This document shows positions 1 to 13,300 of a stretch of 64,000 nucleotides of DNA, one piece after another; positions within the stretch are counted from its first letter, which is position 1, and every line of letters begins with the position of its first letter. A model generated the notes under the pieces. It did not search any database, was not told the DNA's origin, and saw nothing but the letters and a program-made list of their open reading frames with translations. Source of the DNA: Lytechinus pictus (Eukaryota). Position numbers and translations under genes: made by a program. The stretch covers positions 37,078,001-37,142,000 of the forward strand of contig NC_087245.1 in NCBI RefSeq assembly GCF_037042905.1. The letters are read 5' to 3'.

Positions 1-65
1 ACTTGTAGAAGGAAGCAGAACGCTAAAAAGAAACCGGGCGCCCACAGGTACGAAAAGAGTGGCTT

Positions 66-673
66 TTAAATGGATGCGTGCTCCAGGCTGAAGATATTTA
101 TAGCTCATTAAATAGAGTAAAATTCACAGAGTAAAATGATGAAAATTTGATAAATATCGGATAACAAATAAAAAAGTTGTTGAATTTTAAAGTTTAACAA
201 TATTTTGTGAAAACAGTTGTTTGCGCTTCATCTTGACTATTCATTAGGTGGGCTGATGATGTCACATCCCCACTTTTCTTTTTCTTATGTTATTACATGA
301 AAGCATAATTTTTCATTTCATACATGACTGTTTGTCTCCAATATGAAGAAATAAGTTGCATCAATTAATAACTATTGCTTTTAATCAGTTGTCAGTCCAG
401 TTGTTTTAATTTTTAAGATAAATCTTTAAAAAAAAACACAATTTCATATAATAAAATACAAAATAACGAGTGGGGATATGACATCAACAGCCCACCTAAT
501 GAATATTCATGAAGGCATGCCTAGAAGTGTTTCACCAAAATAATGCAAATCTTTGAAATTCAATATCTTCGGTATTTATTATCCGAATTTGATCGAATTT
601 TCAGCATTTTGCTCTGTGAATTTTACTCTATTTATTGAGATATAAATATCTTCAGCCTGGAGTATCCCTTTAA
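66..673. mobile_element. TTAA-flanked palindromic MITE (T2/Kolobok- or piggyBac-type)
   Basis: Long imperfect TIRs (ctccaggctgaagatattta...taaatatcttcagcctggag), TTAA at both ends. Same family as 5431-6027. Confidence 0.75.
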
Positions 674-679
674 GGACAA

Positions 680-1495
680 CAGGCACCTATGAGAAGGCAA
701 CGGGCACTGGTTAACACATAAAACGGGTCCTTCTCAGGCGAAAGGGGCACAAAACATGTTCGTGAGGGGCACTTTTCTTGGGTAAAAAGGGGCATTGATA
801 CGAAAAAGGGCACATAATTTGTCATAAGGCAAATGGGCACTTGCTAAGGGCATGAAACGGGTTCTTAATTCTCAGGTATGAAAGGGGCACAGAACAAGTT
901 CGTGTGGGGGTACTTTTCTTGGGTAAAAGAGGGCACTGATTCGAAATACCAATTTCCCGGGGTTAAGGAAAATATGTGCAGTGTGCAAAGCATATAACAA
1001 GAAGGCAAAGGGACACCTGGGGGGGGGGGGCGTTTCATGAAAGGACGTGTTGGACGTTTTATCCGACAAGTCCCATTTTATCCGACAGTTACTATAGTAA
1101 CAGTACCTCTCAGCCAATCAACATCAGAGAAAGATGTCAGATCTGACAACTTGTCGGATAAAAATGTTGATGAAACACTCCCCAGTTCACACATAAAACG
1201 GATCGGTCTCAGGTGAAAGGGGTACAGAACACGTTCGTGAGGGACATTTTTGGAAAAGTGGGCACTGATACGATAATGGGAACTTGCTAACACATAAAAC
1301 GGGTCTTTCTCAGGTGAAAGGGGAACAGAACACGTTCGAGAGAGGGCATTTTTGGTAAAATTTGGCACTTATACACGAAAAGGCACTTGGTAACAACACC
1401 TAAAATGGGTCCTACTCATGCAGATGAAAGGGGCACAATAAACGTTCGTGAGGGGGGCATTTTTTGCGTTTAAGGGCACTTTTTCAGTGCTTCAA
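680..1495. repeat. Degenerate tandem repeat (~5 copies of an ~100-bp unit), interrupted by a MITE
   Basis: Recurrent acacataaaacgggt..ctcaggtgaaaggggcacagaacacgttcgtgagg at ~714, 850, 1188, 1288, 1393. Confidence 0.7.
1020..1183 (+). mobile_element. Short MITE (PIF/Harbinger-like), family copy
   Basis: TIR gggggcgtttcatgaa...tgatgaaacactcccc. Homologous copies at 41910-42068, 23966-24130 and 26575-26725. Confidence 0.75.
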
Positions 1496-1532
1496 AAAGA
1501 GGGGGACCCTCCCACCTTAGTATGACAGCTCC

Positions 1533-2143
1533 TTAAAGGTCAAGTCCACCCCAACAAAATGTTGAATTGAATCAATAGAGAAAAATCAGACAAGCACAAT
1601 GCTGAAAATTTCATCAAAATCGGATGTAAAATAAGAAAGTTATGACATTTCAAAGTTTCGCTTATTTTTAACAAAATAGTTATATGAACGAGCCAGTTAC
1701 ATCCAAATTAGAGAGTCGATGATGTCACTCACTCACTATTTCTTTTGTTTTTTATTGTTTGAATTACACAATATTTCAATTTTTACGAATTTGACGATTA
1801 GGACCTCCTTGCCTGAACCACAAAATGTTAAAATAATGGAATTCCACGTATTCAGGGAGGAATGAAACTTCATTTCACATGACAATGACGAGAAAATCAA
1901 AATATTTCATAATTCATATAATAAAATACAAAAGAAATAGTGAGTGAGTGATGTCATCAGTTCCCTCATTTGCATACCGACCGGGATGTGCATATAACTC
2001 TTTTGTGAAATGAAGCGAAACTTTAAAATGTCATAACTTTCTTATTTTACATCCGATTTTGATGAAATTTTCAGTGTTATGCTTGTTGAATTTTTCTTTT
2101 TTTATTCGAATCAAGTTTTTGTTGGGGTGGACTTGTCCTTTAA
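1533..2143. mobile_element. TTAA-flanked palindromic MITE (T2/Kolobok-like)
   Basis: TTAA-AGGTCAAGTCCACCCCAAC ... GTTGGGGTGGACTTGTCCT-TTAA with TIRs longer than 100 bp. Confidence 0.85.
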
Positions 2144-2612
2144 TGCTTAGGTCTCTTGGCGGAGAATATTTATTGAAAAGAGGTCTGCATTGTGAGTAAC
2201 ACGACTAACATGACATTTCGATTAAATGTGTTAGCATGTGTATATTAGGTTTTAACCGAGATTTTGGCGGGGAAACCGGAGGTTATTTTAGTTGAGTATC
2301 AGACGACATTCGAGTCCATCAAACAAGATGTTGACATTCGGGTTTATTAGTTAAATCGCGTGTGACTTGGAGCCAATGTTAAACTTTTCATTAAACTTTA
2401 TCTAAACTCCTCAGATCCATGGCCCTGGGAACGATTTTTTGATTGGGGGTGCTGGTGTCAATTAAAAAAAAATTAAAAGCAAAAAAAGAAAAGTTTTCGT
2501 TACAAAATGGAGGTGAGATTGTTCCCGAGGAATTTCAAAAGCAAAAAAAAAGAGCGCTTATGCCCTGGGTGCCGTGGCCGGGGATCGAACCACGGAATGA
2601 TACCAAACTGGA

Positions 2613-2857
2613 TACACTGTAAAAACTGTGGTGTTAAAACTGACGCCAGTTGTTGTCAATAGAGTACCACACCCTGGGGTGTTAAAATTACAATCTATAG
2701 AGATTGAACATAACACCAGAGAGTGTAAATGTAACATCTAAAGGTGTTGCAATAACACCTATAGGTGTTAAACTAACACTGTCAATTTAACACCGGTGTA
2801 GAATAACTGGTGTGGTCCTCTATGTACACCGGTTAACACCAAAGTTTTGCTGTGTAT
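2613..2857. mobile_element. TA-CACTG palindromic MITE (CMC/EnSpm-like)
   Basis: tacactgtaaaaactgtggtgttaa...ttaacaccaaagttttgctgtgta, with internal aacacc/ggtgtt motifs. Confidence 0.65.
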
Positions 2858-5430
2858 GATCGTATACCGTCCGTGAAAGTGAAGTGATCAAAGTGTTGGA
2901 TAAGGTTTTGAATAATAAAGAACTATGAATATCAGGTTTTGCAGATTGTGACAGAACAACTGAGAAATTACTGATCAAAGTTAGTTCATTTGGTCTCTTT
3001 TACTGGATATAATGAATAGAAAGCATGAGTTATTTATTGAAATCTTGTTATCTCGATCTCTCGTTCGATCACCGTTGACCGCTCTTTTAAAATGTTTAAT
3101 CATTTCATCGACTAAATTTCATTTTGCACTTGATAATAGGCCTATACATTAAGCTAAAATATAATTCTAATAACATATTTCGTTTCTCTTAATTGTTATT
3201 GTCTTTAAGTTAAGTCGTCATAATCGTCACAAGGAAACGTTTGAGACGTCACAGAAAATGGAAATTGTATATATAAATTATGTTAAGAAAGAAAGTAAAA
3301 GTGACTGTGTTCAAGAAAAAGATATGTTCACGATAAAAGGTGTGAAGATAAATAAAGCTGGTGTAGATAATCGTGTGCAATCCTGATGGGTTGTTGAACC
3401 TAACAAGCTTTACCAACTAACATGACAAAAAGACATTTTACAGGCTTCAATTAAAGAGGTGTTTTCAATAACAAAGAGGATTGTAAAGCCCCCCAAACGT
3501 TTTCCTCTTGCTTTTTAGAGATAATTGTCACACCTTTGCAAATCGTCTTTTATTTCTCAAAACGTTTAGTGAATGCATTAATCGTTGTTTCCACAAAACT
3601 GGTTTACCTCAGACTCAAACCCGATCTTTTCATTTCCACCTTTTTCTACATCCAACGAGAATATGCCTGTGTATAATCCCCGTTTAATTGCATTTCTTTC
3701 TTGCCGTTCTTTTTGATGGTATGCTCGTAATTGCTGTATTTTGTGATCAAATAGTTTTCAACTGATAATACTCCATTTCGACACTATTTTAGTGAATAGG
3801 TGTTCAAAAACACCGGTAATAGTTTTCGAAAGTGCTCTTGGGTGGGAGGAGTTAACATAATAATCACGAATGAGTTCGCTTAAATACGATAATTACCATT
3901 TTGGATTATACTGTATACAGAAGAGTTGTCAATGCATGTGATGATTAAGATCGTTTGGTTGCGGTTCAAGACTTTAAAGCGGGAAACAAGAAAAGCATAA
4001 TTTTGGCCGGGAGCATACAGCCCTTACATATTTAAAATACACCAAGACACGGGCCCGAAATAAGTATAGGCCTTCCCTTGTCAAACTGCCAACTGCGGAA
4101 TCTATACTCTAGAATCTGAACATTGGAATTTCTTGGGGGGGGATTGCTCTGGAACCTGGGAATTTTAAAGCTGTATGAAATAAATTTAAGTGTATATCCG
4201 TTTCACAAAAGAAAATAAATTCATCTTTACACGTTTATCATGGGTGCCATTACAGGTGCAACTTTGCACCTATATCTGACATGAAAGGGTGCAAAATTGC
4301 ACCTGTAAGGTACTCAAACCGCATCATAAGGTGCACAGTAGTGTTGTACGTGTAAATGTTAAAGCCGGGGCTTGAAGTCTAAAATTGACTAGATTGTCCA
4401 TAGAGTGTTCATGATTATACATTCAAAAACTGTGTACAAACACGTAAAAATGACCATAAGATTGTGATTTTTTGCATGGTCAGCCCCCCCCCCCCCACTT
4501 TGAAAACCGTTCCGCGGCCCCTGACATTTCTTCATTCATAATACTGTATGTATTTGTCCCAATTTCACCAATATTCCAAATGTACCCACCAGCCCAGGGG
4601 GATGCGTCATTGTTAAAAAGGTGAAGTTAAGTTTATTTCAGACTCACCTTTCTTCCCCACCTGCGAGAGACCGAGTTCTTTCTAACGAGAGGTCAGTGAC
4701 AAAACCAACACGTGCATAAAAGTTAATTTCCTTTAGGATGAGAGGCGGGCGTCCCATTCACGTTTAGTTTATTGGACACCCCTGGAGAAAAGTACACATT
4801 TAGACGACATTTTGTTGTTTCATGAAGGAAAAGAGGAAGAGAAAGTTTGAACTAGTATTATTTAGAGCAAGGCCTCAGGAATTAATCTACCATGTCTACA
4901 GGGTTTTGAACGGTGACGCAGGATGTCACCTTTTTCAGAATGTGCATATCAGCCGCCCCCCCCCCCCCCGACGCATTTGTTTAACGGAATTTGGCAAATA
5001 AGACAGTTCTTGACCAGGGCATTTTCCATGATCTGGTGTTCACGATGATATTGATTTATTTTCGTTTTGAGTCGTTCGTATCATCTTATTTTCATTTTGT
5101 CTTGGCCGTTGAACTTTGGCGCCCCCCCCCCCCCATAACAACAATAACGGCTCACATTAAAAGTACGGTGTGGCCGGGGATTTGAGTCTCACCGTATTAA
5201 TTCTGATCGCTGAATCAAAATGAAGTCTCGTTAAAGCTCCTTACGGTAATCAATGGATGTGTAATGAGGGTACTAGTTGGTCTAAATCTTCGATAAATGA
5301 ATATTATTGATGTTTGTTGAAAACTGGAGATCACATAACTATCTCTGTGGTTGAAATGTATCACAGCATAAACTTTGGTGTTGGCCGGTGTACATAATAG
5401 AGACTACACTACAGACATTTTACTTCGGTG

Positions 5431-6027
5431 TTAAAGTGATGGTCCGGGCTGAAAATATTTGTATCTTAATACTTAGAGTAGAATTCACTGAGCAAAATGC
5501 CGAAAATTTCATCAAAATCTGATAAAAAATAATAAAGTTATTGAAGTTTAAAATTTAGCAATTTTTGTGAAAACAGTCGTCATGAATATTCATTAGGTGG
5601 GCTGATGATGTCACATCCCCCACTTTTCACTTTCTTATATTATTACATAATTTTTGTTATGATGATAATTTTTTTATTATTTCATACTTGTGTGAATAAT
5701 ATGTCTCCCTTATAATGAAATAAGTTGCAGCAATAAATATCTAATGCACTAAATCAGTTGTCAATCCAATTTTTCTAGTTCTTGGAGGAAAAAAATTGAA
5801 TAAACCTAATTTCATATAATAAAAAAAAAAAGAACAAGTGGGGATGTGACACCATCAGCCCACCTATAATATTCATGACGACTGTTTTCACAAAATATTG
5901 CTAAACTTTAAAATTCAATAACTTTGTTATTTGTTATCCGATTTTGATGAAATTTTCGGCATTTTGCTCAGTGAATTCTACTATATTTATTAAGCTATGA
6001 ATATTTTCAGCCCGGACCATCCTTTAA
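5431..6027. mobile_element. TTAA-flanked palindromic MITE, nested in an older CACT-type element
   Basis: TTAAAGTGATGGTCCGGGCTGAAAATATTT...ATATTTTCAGCCCGGACCATCCTTTAA. The flanks resemble the 2613-2857 family. Confidence 0.85.
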
Positions 6028-6267
6028 GTCTATGGTGTACACCAACGGGGGCTATTACAATACCTTTGGTTGTTACTTTTACACTCTTTGGTATTATGGT
6101 CAATCTCTATAGGGTGTAATTTTAACACCTCAATGTGTGGTCCTCTAGGGACGCCAACTGGTGTTAGATTTAACACCCAAGTTTGAGAAAAGTTCGTGTA
6201 GACGTCTCGAATCCCTGTTCACAGGCAACTAAGCAAGATGTGAATTTTCATTTTGCCGCCCGTCACC

Positions 6268-6416
6268 CAGGGCTCCGGAACACAAAGGTTAGGGATTAAT
6301 CGCTAAATGAAATGGCCTATCAAGACCATATTTGCTCAGTAGACTGACTAGAAACCAATCAAATTATTCTTTCAAATTAGCGATTAATCGCTAAGTTTTC
6401 GTGTTACGGAGCCCAG
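6268..6416. mobile_element. Short Harbinger-like MITE
   Basis: cagggctccggaacac...gtgttacggagcccag inverted termini. Relatives at ~54981-55112, 45060-45330 and 12357-12512. Confidence 0.6.
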
Positions 6417-7278
6417 GCGTATAATTTTATATTCAAACTCGCACTCTTTCCGTGCTTGCTCGAGGCAGAATCTCAAAATATATAGAGTTAAACATGAAAT
6501 GCGTCTTAAGTATAATTATGGGGATAGTCCATTATTCTTAGCTTTACTAACTTAACTCAATCAGTTCAAAATATTTTACTATAATAAAGACGGTATTAAA
6601 AAGTTATTTCACAAGAAAGGAAACCACGAAATTGTTGGAGAATGACCGTGCTTATTGAAAACAAATAACGCACGATCACGCAGAAATAGGATAAAATAAA
6701 ATAGGGATCTTGGTTCTCTGCTATGTAGGCCCTATCCTGATCATCTTCTGCTTGCTAATGTTATAATAAATGTGAGTCTTTCTTTGCTTTATTGATTTTA
6801 AAAGCTTATTACTAACTGACATGACTTGTTTTGGCTTTCTATTCTGGTTTTTCCTCCTGTATTCGGCTATTTCACTTAAGTGTACCACCCACCGAGTCAG
6901 ACAAGTGGTATTGATTTAAGAAGCATAATCCTCCCTGGTCCCTAACAGTTTCCCTGAGGAAATAAAGTGGTTCGAAATGACACTAATTATCTGCAGTTTT
7001 TCTGTGCATATATAGTATGATTGAGAGAGAGTATTTTTTTGATATCACCTTTATTCAAAACAATACAAGGGAAGTTACAAACAATGAAAATGAGTCCAGG
7101 TTACTCGTTTTTTTAGGACGAAGTACAGGACTAATTAAACTAATATCTTGGTCAGAAATTTACTATTGATATGAAATTTTAAGGGAACTTTTAGTGTGTG
7201 GGTGTGTGCTGTGCGTTGAGAGAGAGAGTGACATGGAGATAAACAGAGCGAGAAAGAAATGGAGAGAGGGGGGGATTG

Positions 7279-7315
<37 letters not shown>

Positions 7316-8276
7316 TATGCATGCTATATCCCTCCAGCTCCTATATGTATGGATTTTTTTTTTAAATAACTTCAAAGCTGCTCCTTGAAAGACGCGTTCT
7401 CATGCGTGTTCCGCTTATATATAAAAAGAGGCGGTTAACTTCATGAAAAGGGATTTCTCGCCAACAATGGGTACATTATTGGATTCCTGTGTAGGGTAAT
7501 ACTGTTTGCTATATCAATATTGGGAGTCACTCAAGGGATGAATGAAACGGGGACAGATCCATGCACTCATTTCCCCCCTCTCAAACTCTCAAAAGATATT
7601 AAGACGTGCAAGGTCTCAAAAACGGATTCCTTGCCGGTGATCGGGCGGAGAAGATATAGTCGAATGCAGAGTTTGACTCGGTTCAGGTGCATGACTCCGG
7701 AATAAAGTCCAACTCAAATGCGATATCTTCTTTGTTTTGTGTTATCAGAGATCACACACCAATCTTGCAATCTACTTCGATTCGTGGTAAAAAAAAAGAA
7801 AGAAAGAAAATCAGGTGAAATCGCCACAACAAGTCGAATCACAGAAGTGGAAACTAATCGCAGCTTCGTCGACCATTGCCTTTGTTATACGAGCCCTGTT
7901 TTAAGCGTCGTTCTTTGAAGATCTTCAAGTTTTTTTCCGGAATATGAATTATCATTGTACAGGATTTTGTTCGGTAACATAATGATTCGTGGAGAAGTTG
8001 AGATAGCATCGAGATCATTATTTTGATTTGTGGGTGAAAATCAGTGTTTCCGTCTTCTGATGTGAGTCTCTTCAATGCAACTTTATCTATAGTTATCATT
8101 CTTTGAACTGACATTTCAACGTCGACCCTTCTTAGGGTTTGAAAACACACGAGAGCCGCCAAAGAATATACCTTTGCTCGTGATCTCTTGTGCTTGGAGT
8201 ACTTGCTGCGATAGGATAATAGTAGTAAGTGTGCTGTATTTCGATTCATTTATTTATTTCCTTTGTTATTTGACAA

Positions 8277-8660
8277 AGCCGTGGTGTAGTGGTTCTGACT
8301 CTCGCCTTGTAAACAGAGGGTCGTGCGTTCGAATCCCACCGCGGTCGAGCGTCCTTTGGCAAGGCGTTAATCCATACTTTGCCACTCTCGACCCAGGTGC
8401 TAAATGGGTACCTGGTAGGATGCGAAAGTTATTGTATGTTTGAATTTGAATTTGCAAGCGCCATTATGAGGCTCCAATGAACGCAAGGAATGCTCCCCAG
8501 GGAGTGGAAATCGGCACTTTGCGTGCGAATTGAATCCAATGACGGGGTAATAATAATGCTGTAACGCGCTTTGAGCCGTTGTGGGAAAAGTGCTATATAG
8601 AAACTAGCTATTATTTTTTTTTTATTATTATTATTATTACTATTATTATCATTATTATCT
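8277..8660 (+). mobile_element. tRNA-derived SINE with (ATT)n tail
   Basis: A box (gtggtgtagtgg), B box (gttcgaatcc), core ctcgacccaggtgctaaatgggtacc shared with the 52995 copy, ATT tail. Confidence 0.8.
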
Positions 8661-9292
8661 TTAAAATTCGTAGATGCTGGGAGGGGTCCCATGTCCTCGC
8701 ATTTTGGATTTAGCGGGGGGGGGTGGGGTGGGTCACTTTTATTGCGAGGCATCTTGATGAGATCAGGGGACGGGAGAGAGACTTGGCTAGAGAGATCAAA
8801 TGACACATTTTCACAATGTTTCTTTTTTTGGGGTGTTTTCTCCGTAGTTACAATAAAACTTGATCAAAATTAACCTGGTCCGTCTGTAAACATAATAAAC
8901 CTCTAAGTTAAGTTATTCAAGGACTCTCGAATTTGATATTCTACAGGGGGCGTAACGATCTGCAGTTCAACACACGTCCAAAGTACACATGCAACTTCTG
9001 AATAAATATCTAATTTGAAGCCACTGTGCCCAAACAATGTGTGTGCTTACTAGTTCGAAATTAAATATCGAGGAGTATCGTTCTGTTATATAAAAATTGA
9101 TATATCTACTACCAGTGGCGTATCTGGAAAATCTTGTCAGGAGGGCCGAAAAAATTATGAATAGTAAGAGTTATAGGTCTTTGGGTCACAACCATATCCG
9201 AAAACGACCATCCAAAATATAAAAGCAAAAAAGTACGCAAGTGCCTACTACTACTAGAAACGAGACCCTGAGCATGTAAACAAGTCTTTATC

Positions 9293-9683
9293 ATTTTATT
9301 CTAGTGTTACTATTATCATTATCATTATTATTATTATTGTTATTATTATTATCATTATTGTTATTATTATTATTACTATTATTATTATTATTATTATTGT
9401 TGTTGTTATTATCATCATCATCATTATTCTTATTATCATTATCATTGTTGTTGTTATTATTATTATTCTCATCATCATCATCACCATCATCATTATTATC
9501 ATTATTATTATTAGTAGTAGTTGTTGTTATTATTATTATTCTCATCATCATCATCACCATCATCATTATTATCATTATTATTATTATTAGTAGTAGAAGT
9601 AGTGATAGTAGTAGTAGTAGTAGTAGTAGAAGTAGTTATAGTAGTAGTAATAGTAGTATTAATAGTAGTAGTAGTAGTAGTAG
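9293..9683. repeat. Compound trinucleotide microsatellite (ATT/ATC/GTT then AGT)
   Basis: Directly visible. Confidence 0.95.
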
Positions 9684-10124
9684 GGGGTAGCCACTTTTGT
9701 ATGTCATTGGAATTTGCGTTGTCCCAAAATATATTAAATCAGACATAAATCATAACATTCGATGAATAATGAGAATGAGAATATATATTGAAACAGAGCT
9801 AAAACCTACCGGTATATTTTGGACTATTTCAACTGACGAACCGTGACGTGGTTTACCCTTTCCATTTAACTCGAGCAGTTCCACCTTATTTTATTCACGA
9901 ATTCAGGTAATTATTTCCAAGATAAATCCAGCGATTCCGTATGGTAACCTAGGAAACCAAACCAGTCCTAAAAATATGCATTTTACTTACCACGTACATT
10001 ATACACTTATGCGTTTTTGTAGTAGAAGATATGCCTAAATTGAACAATACTTGTAAACGTGAAAGCGAATACATCTCTAATAATTTTTTCCAAAACAATG
10101 CGATCGTAGTATGCTTGAAATATT

Positions 10125-10156
10125 TGGTAGAAGTAGTAGATTAGTATTAGTAGTAT

Positions 10157-10212
<56 letters not shown>

Positions 10213-10353
10213 ATAGAATAAGTAGTAGATATAGAAGAAGTAGTAATAGTAGTTGTAGAAGAAGAAGAAGAAGATGAAGAAGAAGAAAATGAAGAAGAAG
10301 TAGTAGTAGTTGTTGTTGTTGTTGTAGTAGTCGTAGTAGTAGTAGTAGTAGTA

Positions 10354-10417
<64 letters not shown>

Positions 10418-10470
10418 AAGTAGTAGAAGTAGTAATAGTAATAATAGTAGTAGTAGTAGTAGTAGTAGTA

Positions 10471-10502
<32 letters not shown>

Positions 10503-10730
10503 ATAGTAGTAGTAGTAGTATTATTCAATTCAATTCTTTACAAAGTAATATAAAGTAATACAAATCAAGTACAAGTTTACAGACGAGCATTCTTGCTTCG
10601 TCAAACAAAAAACAGTATAATATTGAGCATAAATGGAAATGAGGGGGTCCACTAAAAAGTAGTATAGTAGCAGTAGTAGTAGTAGTAGTAGTTTTAGCAG
10701 CAGTAGTAGTAATAGTAGTATTATTTGTAG
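10125..10730. repeat. (AGT)n/(AGA)n compound microsatellite
   Basis: Directly visible. Confidence 0.95.
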
Positions 10731-11419
10731 TAGAAGGAGGAATATATGAGTTCAGTATAGGAGGAGGGGAGTAGTAATAGTGGTTGGTTGTAACAGCTGG
10801 AATAGTTGTGGTGCCAAGATACGACCAAGAGGAAACAAGGGAAAATAAGAAAATTTTGTATATGAAGTGCCACTTCATTATCAGTTGCCATCTGACGCTT
10901 CACTTATATACCCATCGAAATTATTTTGTTTTAGTTCCATGGTTTATAAACGAGTAGAGCTAGTGAAGAAAACATATTTAGTTACCTTGCAAAACGTATT
11001 ATTTGTCATTTTGCCGAAACGTGTATCATATTGTGTTATCCATTTTCCAGTCATTCATCTTGGCTACCAACGTGTTAATCTCATCATGAAAATTTGTATC
11101 TTGTTTGCGAAATCAAATCATTAAATGTAGCATCTACGAGCGAGCACATTGAGCGAAAAAAAATGATATCAATATATCATTTTTGTCTTCTGATTGTGAT
11201 CTCTATTTGTTAGTCTAAAAGATTTCTTGAAATGTTTTGATTTGTTTCAGCTTACAAACCACTAGAATTTGCAATGCACCACATGAACATTATTTTGAAA
11301 TGAATATTATCATCAAAAGAGATGGCACGGGGGGGGGGGGCTTTACGAGGTTATTACCATAATGTAAAAGTACGCATCTCACTTGACGTTTGTGCGCGAT
11401 TGTGATCATTATTAATATT

Positions 11420-12260
11420 TGATTTGATTTATTTATTTCCACATTCCAATAACGAAAATATATACAAGTGTTATCATTTTTTTCTTAGCATAACATAACA
11501 TTAAGCAAATGACATAATGAATAACATATGCATACATATGTACATATGATATATATATATATAAACAGACAAACAGTGCAATAAAAGAGACTCATCTTTT
11601 ATTGCCCAAAATAACAAGATTATTACCCGAAAAAAAATAGATAGGGAAATAAAAATTTAAATGAGAAAGTTATAATCATGATGTTGATAAAAAGTGAAAG
11701 TGTAAGTGCAAGTGTGCGAGAGTGCAGGTGCGGGGGGTGGGGTGTATTTTCGGTTGGTACGAAACACAGTGTATTTCTCTTCAGAACAGCTTTGAATGAA
11801 TATAGTGGAGAGCATAACTTACTGTCAGGTGATAAATTATTCAACAAATCTGCACCGTAATGTCTAATAAATTTGTGTGCTATTATTAGTTTTGGATTTG
11901 TTAAATGAAATTTTGCAGAGTTTCCTGTGGGATAAGAGTGGATGGTGTTGTCATAGGTCCATGGTGTTGTTGAGTGTGAACATACTTTGAAAGGAAGGGG
12001 GAAGTATCCCCTTTTTGTATTTGAAATTTATATCTGACATTTTTAATATTCTTAATAAAAAAGGACTGGATCTAGCAAGATATTGTGATCCTGTGCAAAT
12101 ACGAACTGCTCTTTTTTGTAACAAGAAAATCGAATTAAATTTTGTATTACCGCAATTACCCCCAAACTATGTTGCAATATGATATGTGAGGGAGAACCAA
12201 GACATTATAAAGAAGAAAAGGAGTTTTGGGGGTAATAAGTATTTTAATTTGGAAATTTAC
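11420..12260 (-). mobile_element. Decayed 3' fragment of a CR1/L2-group LINE
   Basis: The minus strand gives RT C-terminal-like pieces (LYNVLVLPHISYCNIVWG, IFLLQKRAVRICTGSQY, YGADLLNNLSPDSKLCSPLYSFKAVLK) and an aataaataaatcaaatcaaa tail. Confidence 0.7.
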
Positions 12261-13300
12261 GGAAGTATCCAGATATTGTTCCCTCATTCGAAATAATAAT
12301 GTTAACTGATCAGCAGTTGAATACAATAATCATGTATGGACGTGATGCAGCTGCTCAGGGCCTTTTATCACAAGCATAACAATTAATCGTAGCATTGGTT
12401 TGAAGATTGATTGCACTGACTATATCCTATCTAATCAATCGTCCTTATTGAATAAATGAATTTGAATTATTGTGATCTTCAGGATCAATCGTAGAGCTCG
12501 GTTAACCGGGCCCTTATCAACTGTATCTAGATTCGAAAGGTATATCTTTTTCTTCAAAGCAAAGACACATCCGACGATTTATCCTTTTCTATAGAGATTG
12601 CTTTGACCTGAAATAAGTGATAATCAATTATTAGCAGCTGCGACGTATAGATTGTTATAATGTGGAAATGATTTATCTTAGCCGTCAAAAGGGAGATGAC
12701 TTCTTATTGATCTATGAAATAAATTCTGGAAAAAAAAGCAGACATCAAAGAGCGATCATAGTACGTGAATCATCGCCTTATTGAAAAGGTAATTTGTACT
12801 TAAAAATGACTCTTACTAAAGGACTACATTCACTTAATTTCATCCTTAATGGCAAGGACTAAATTCAGGGTCTTTTTACGAAATGACGTTCATTTTGGGC
12901 TGATGATTTTTTTTTCTCCTAACAAAGTCGCTCCCCGTTAAGTCCAACTCTGGATCAGCGCCTGTTTATCCCCTTCTTCCGTTTTTCTTTACTCCTTTTT
13001 TTCACTCCTCTTCACTTTATTTTTCACTCTTTGAAAATCCTAGTCGTCCCGTGCCCCCCCCCCCCCCTCTGGCGCCTCCGATGTATGTCCTCGTATCATT
13101 GGCGCGCGATAGTTCATGTAATCATGACCAATTGAATTACGGCGTCGTCCCCTCATAAGGAATAGCTTTTATGAGCATTGGTTATAAAAGCAATTAACTA
13201 ATTTGTTTTTCGAAGTTAATTATTTAATCAATCAACATTGCATCTCACCATACAGGTTTAAGTTTAATTGACTAGACACCCACCGTGCACAACCTTCAGT

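Noticed and set aside
9291..10878. Poly-L/I/N/T ORFs in the ORF track
   Set aside because: They are translations of trinucleotide microsatellites.
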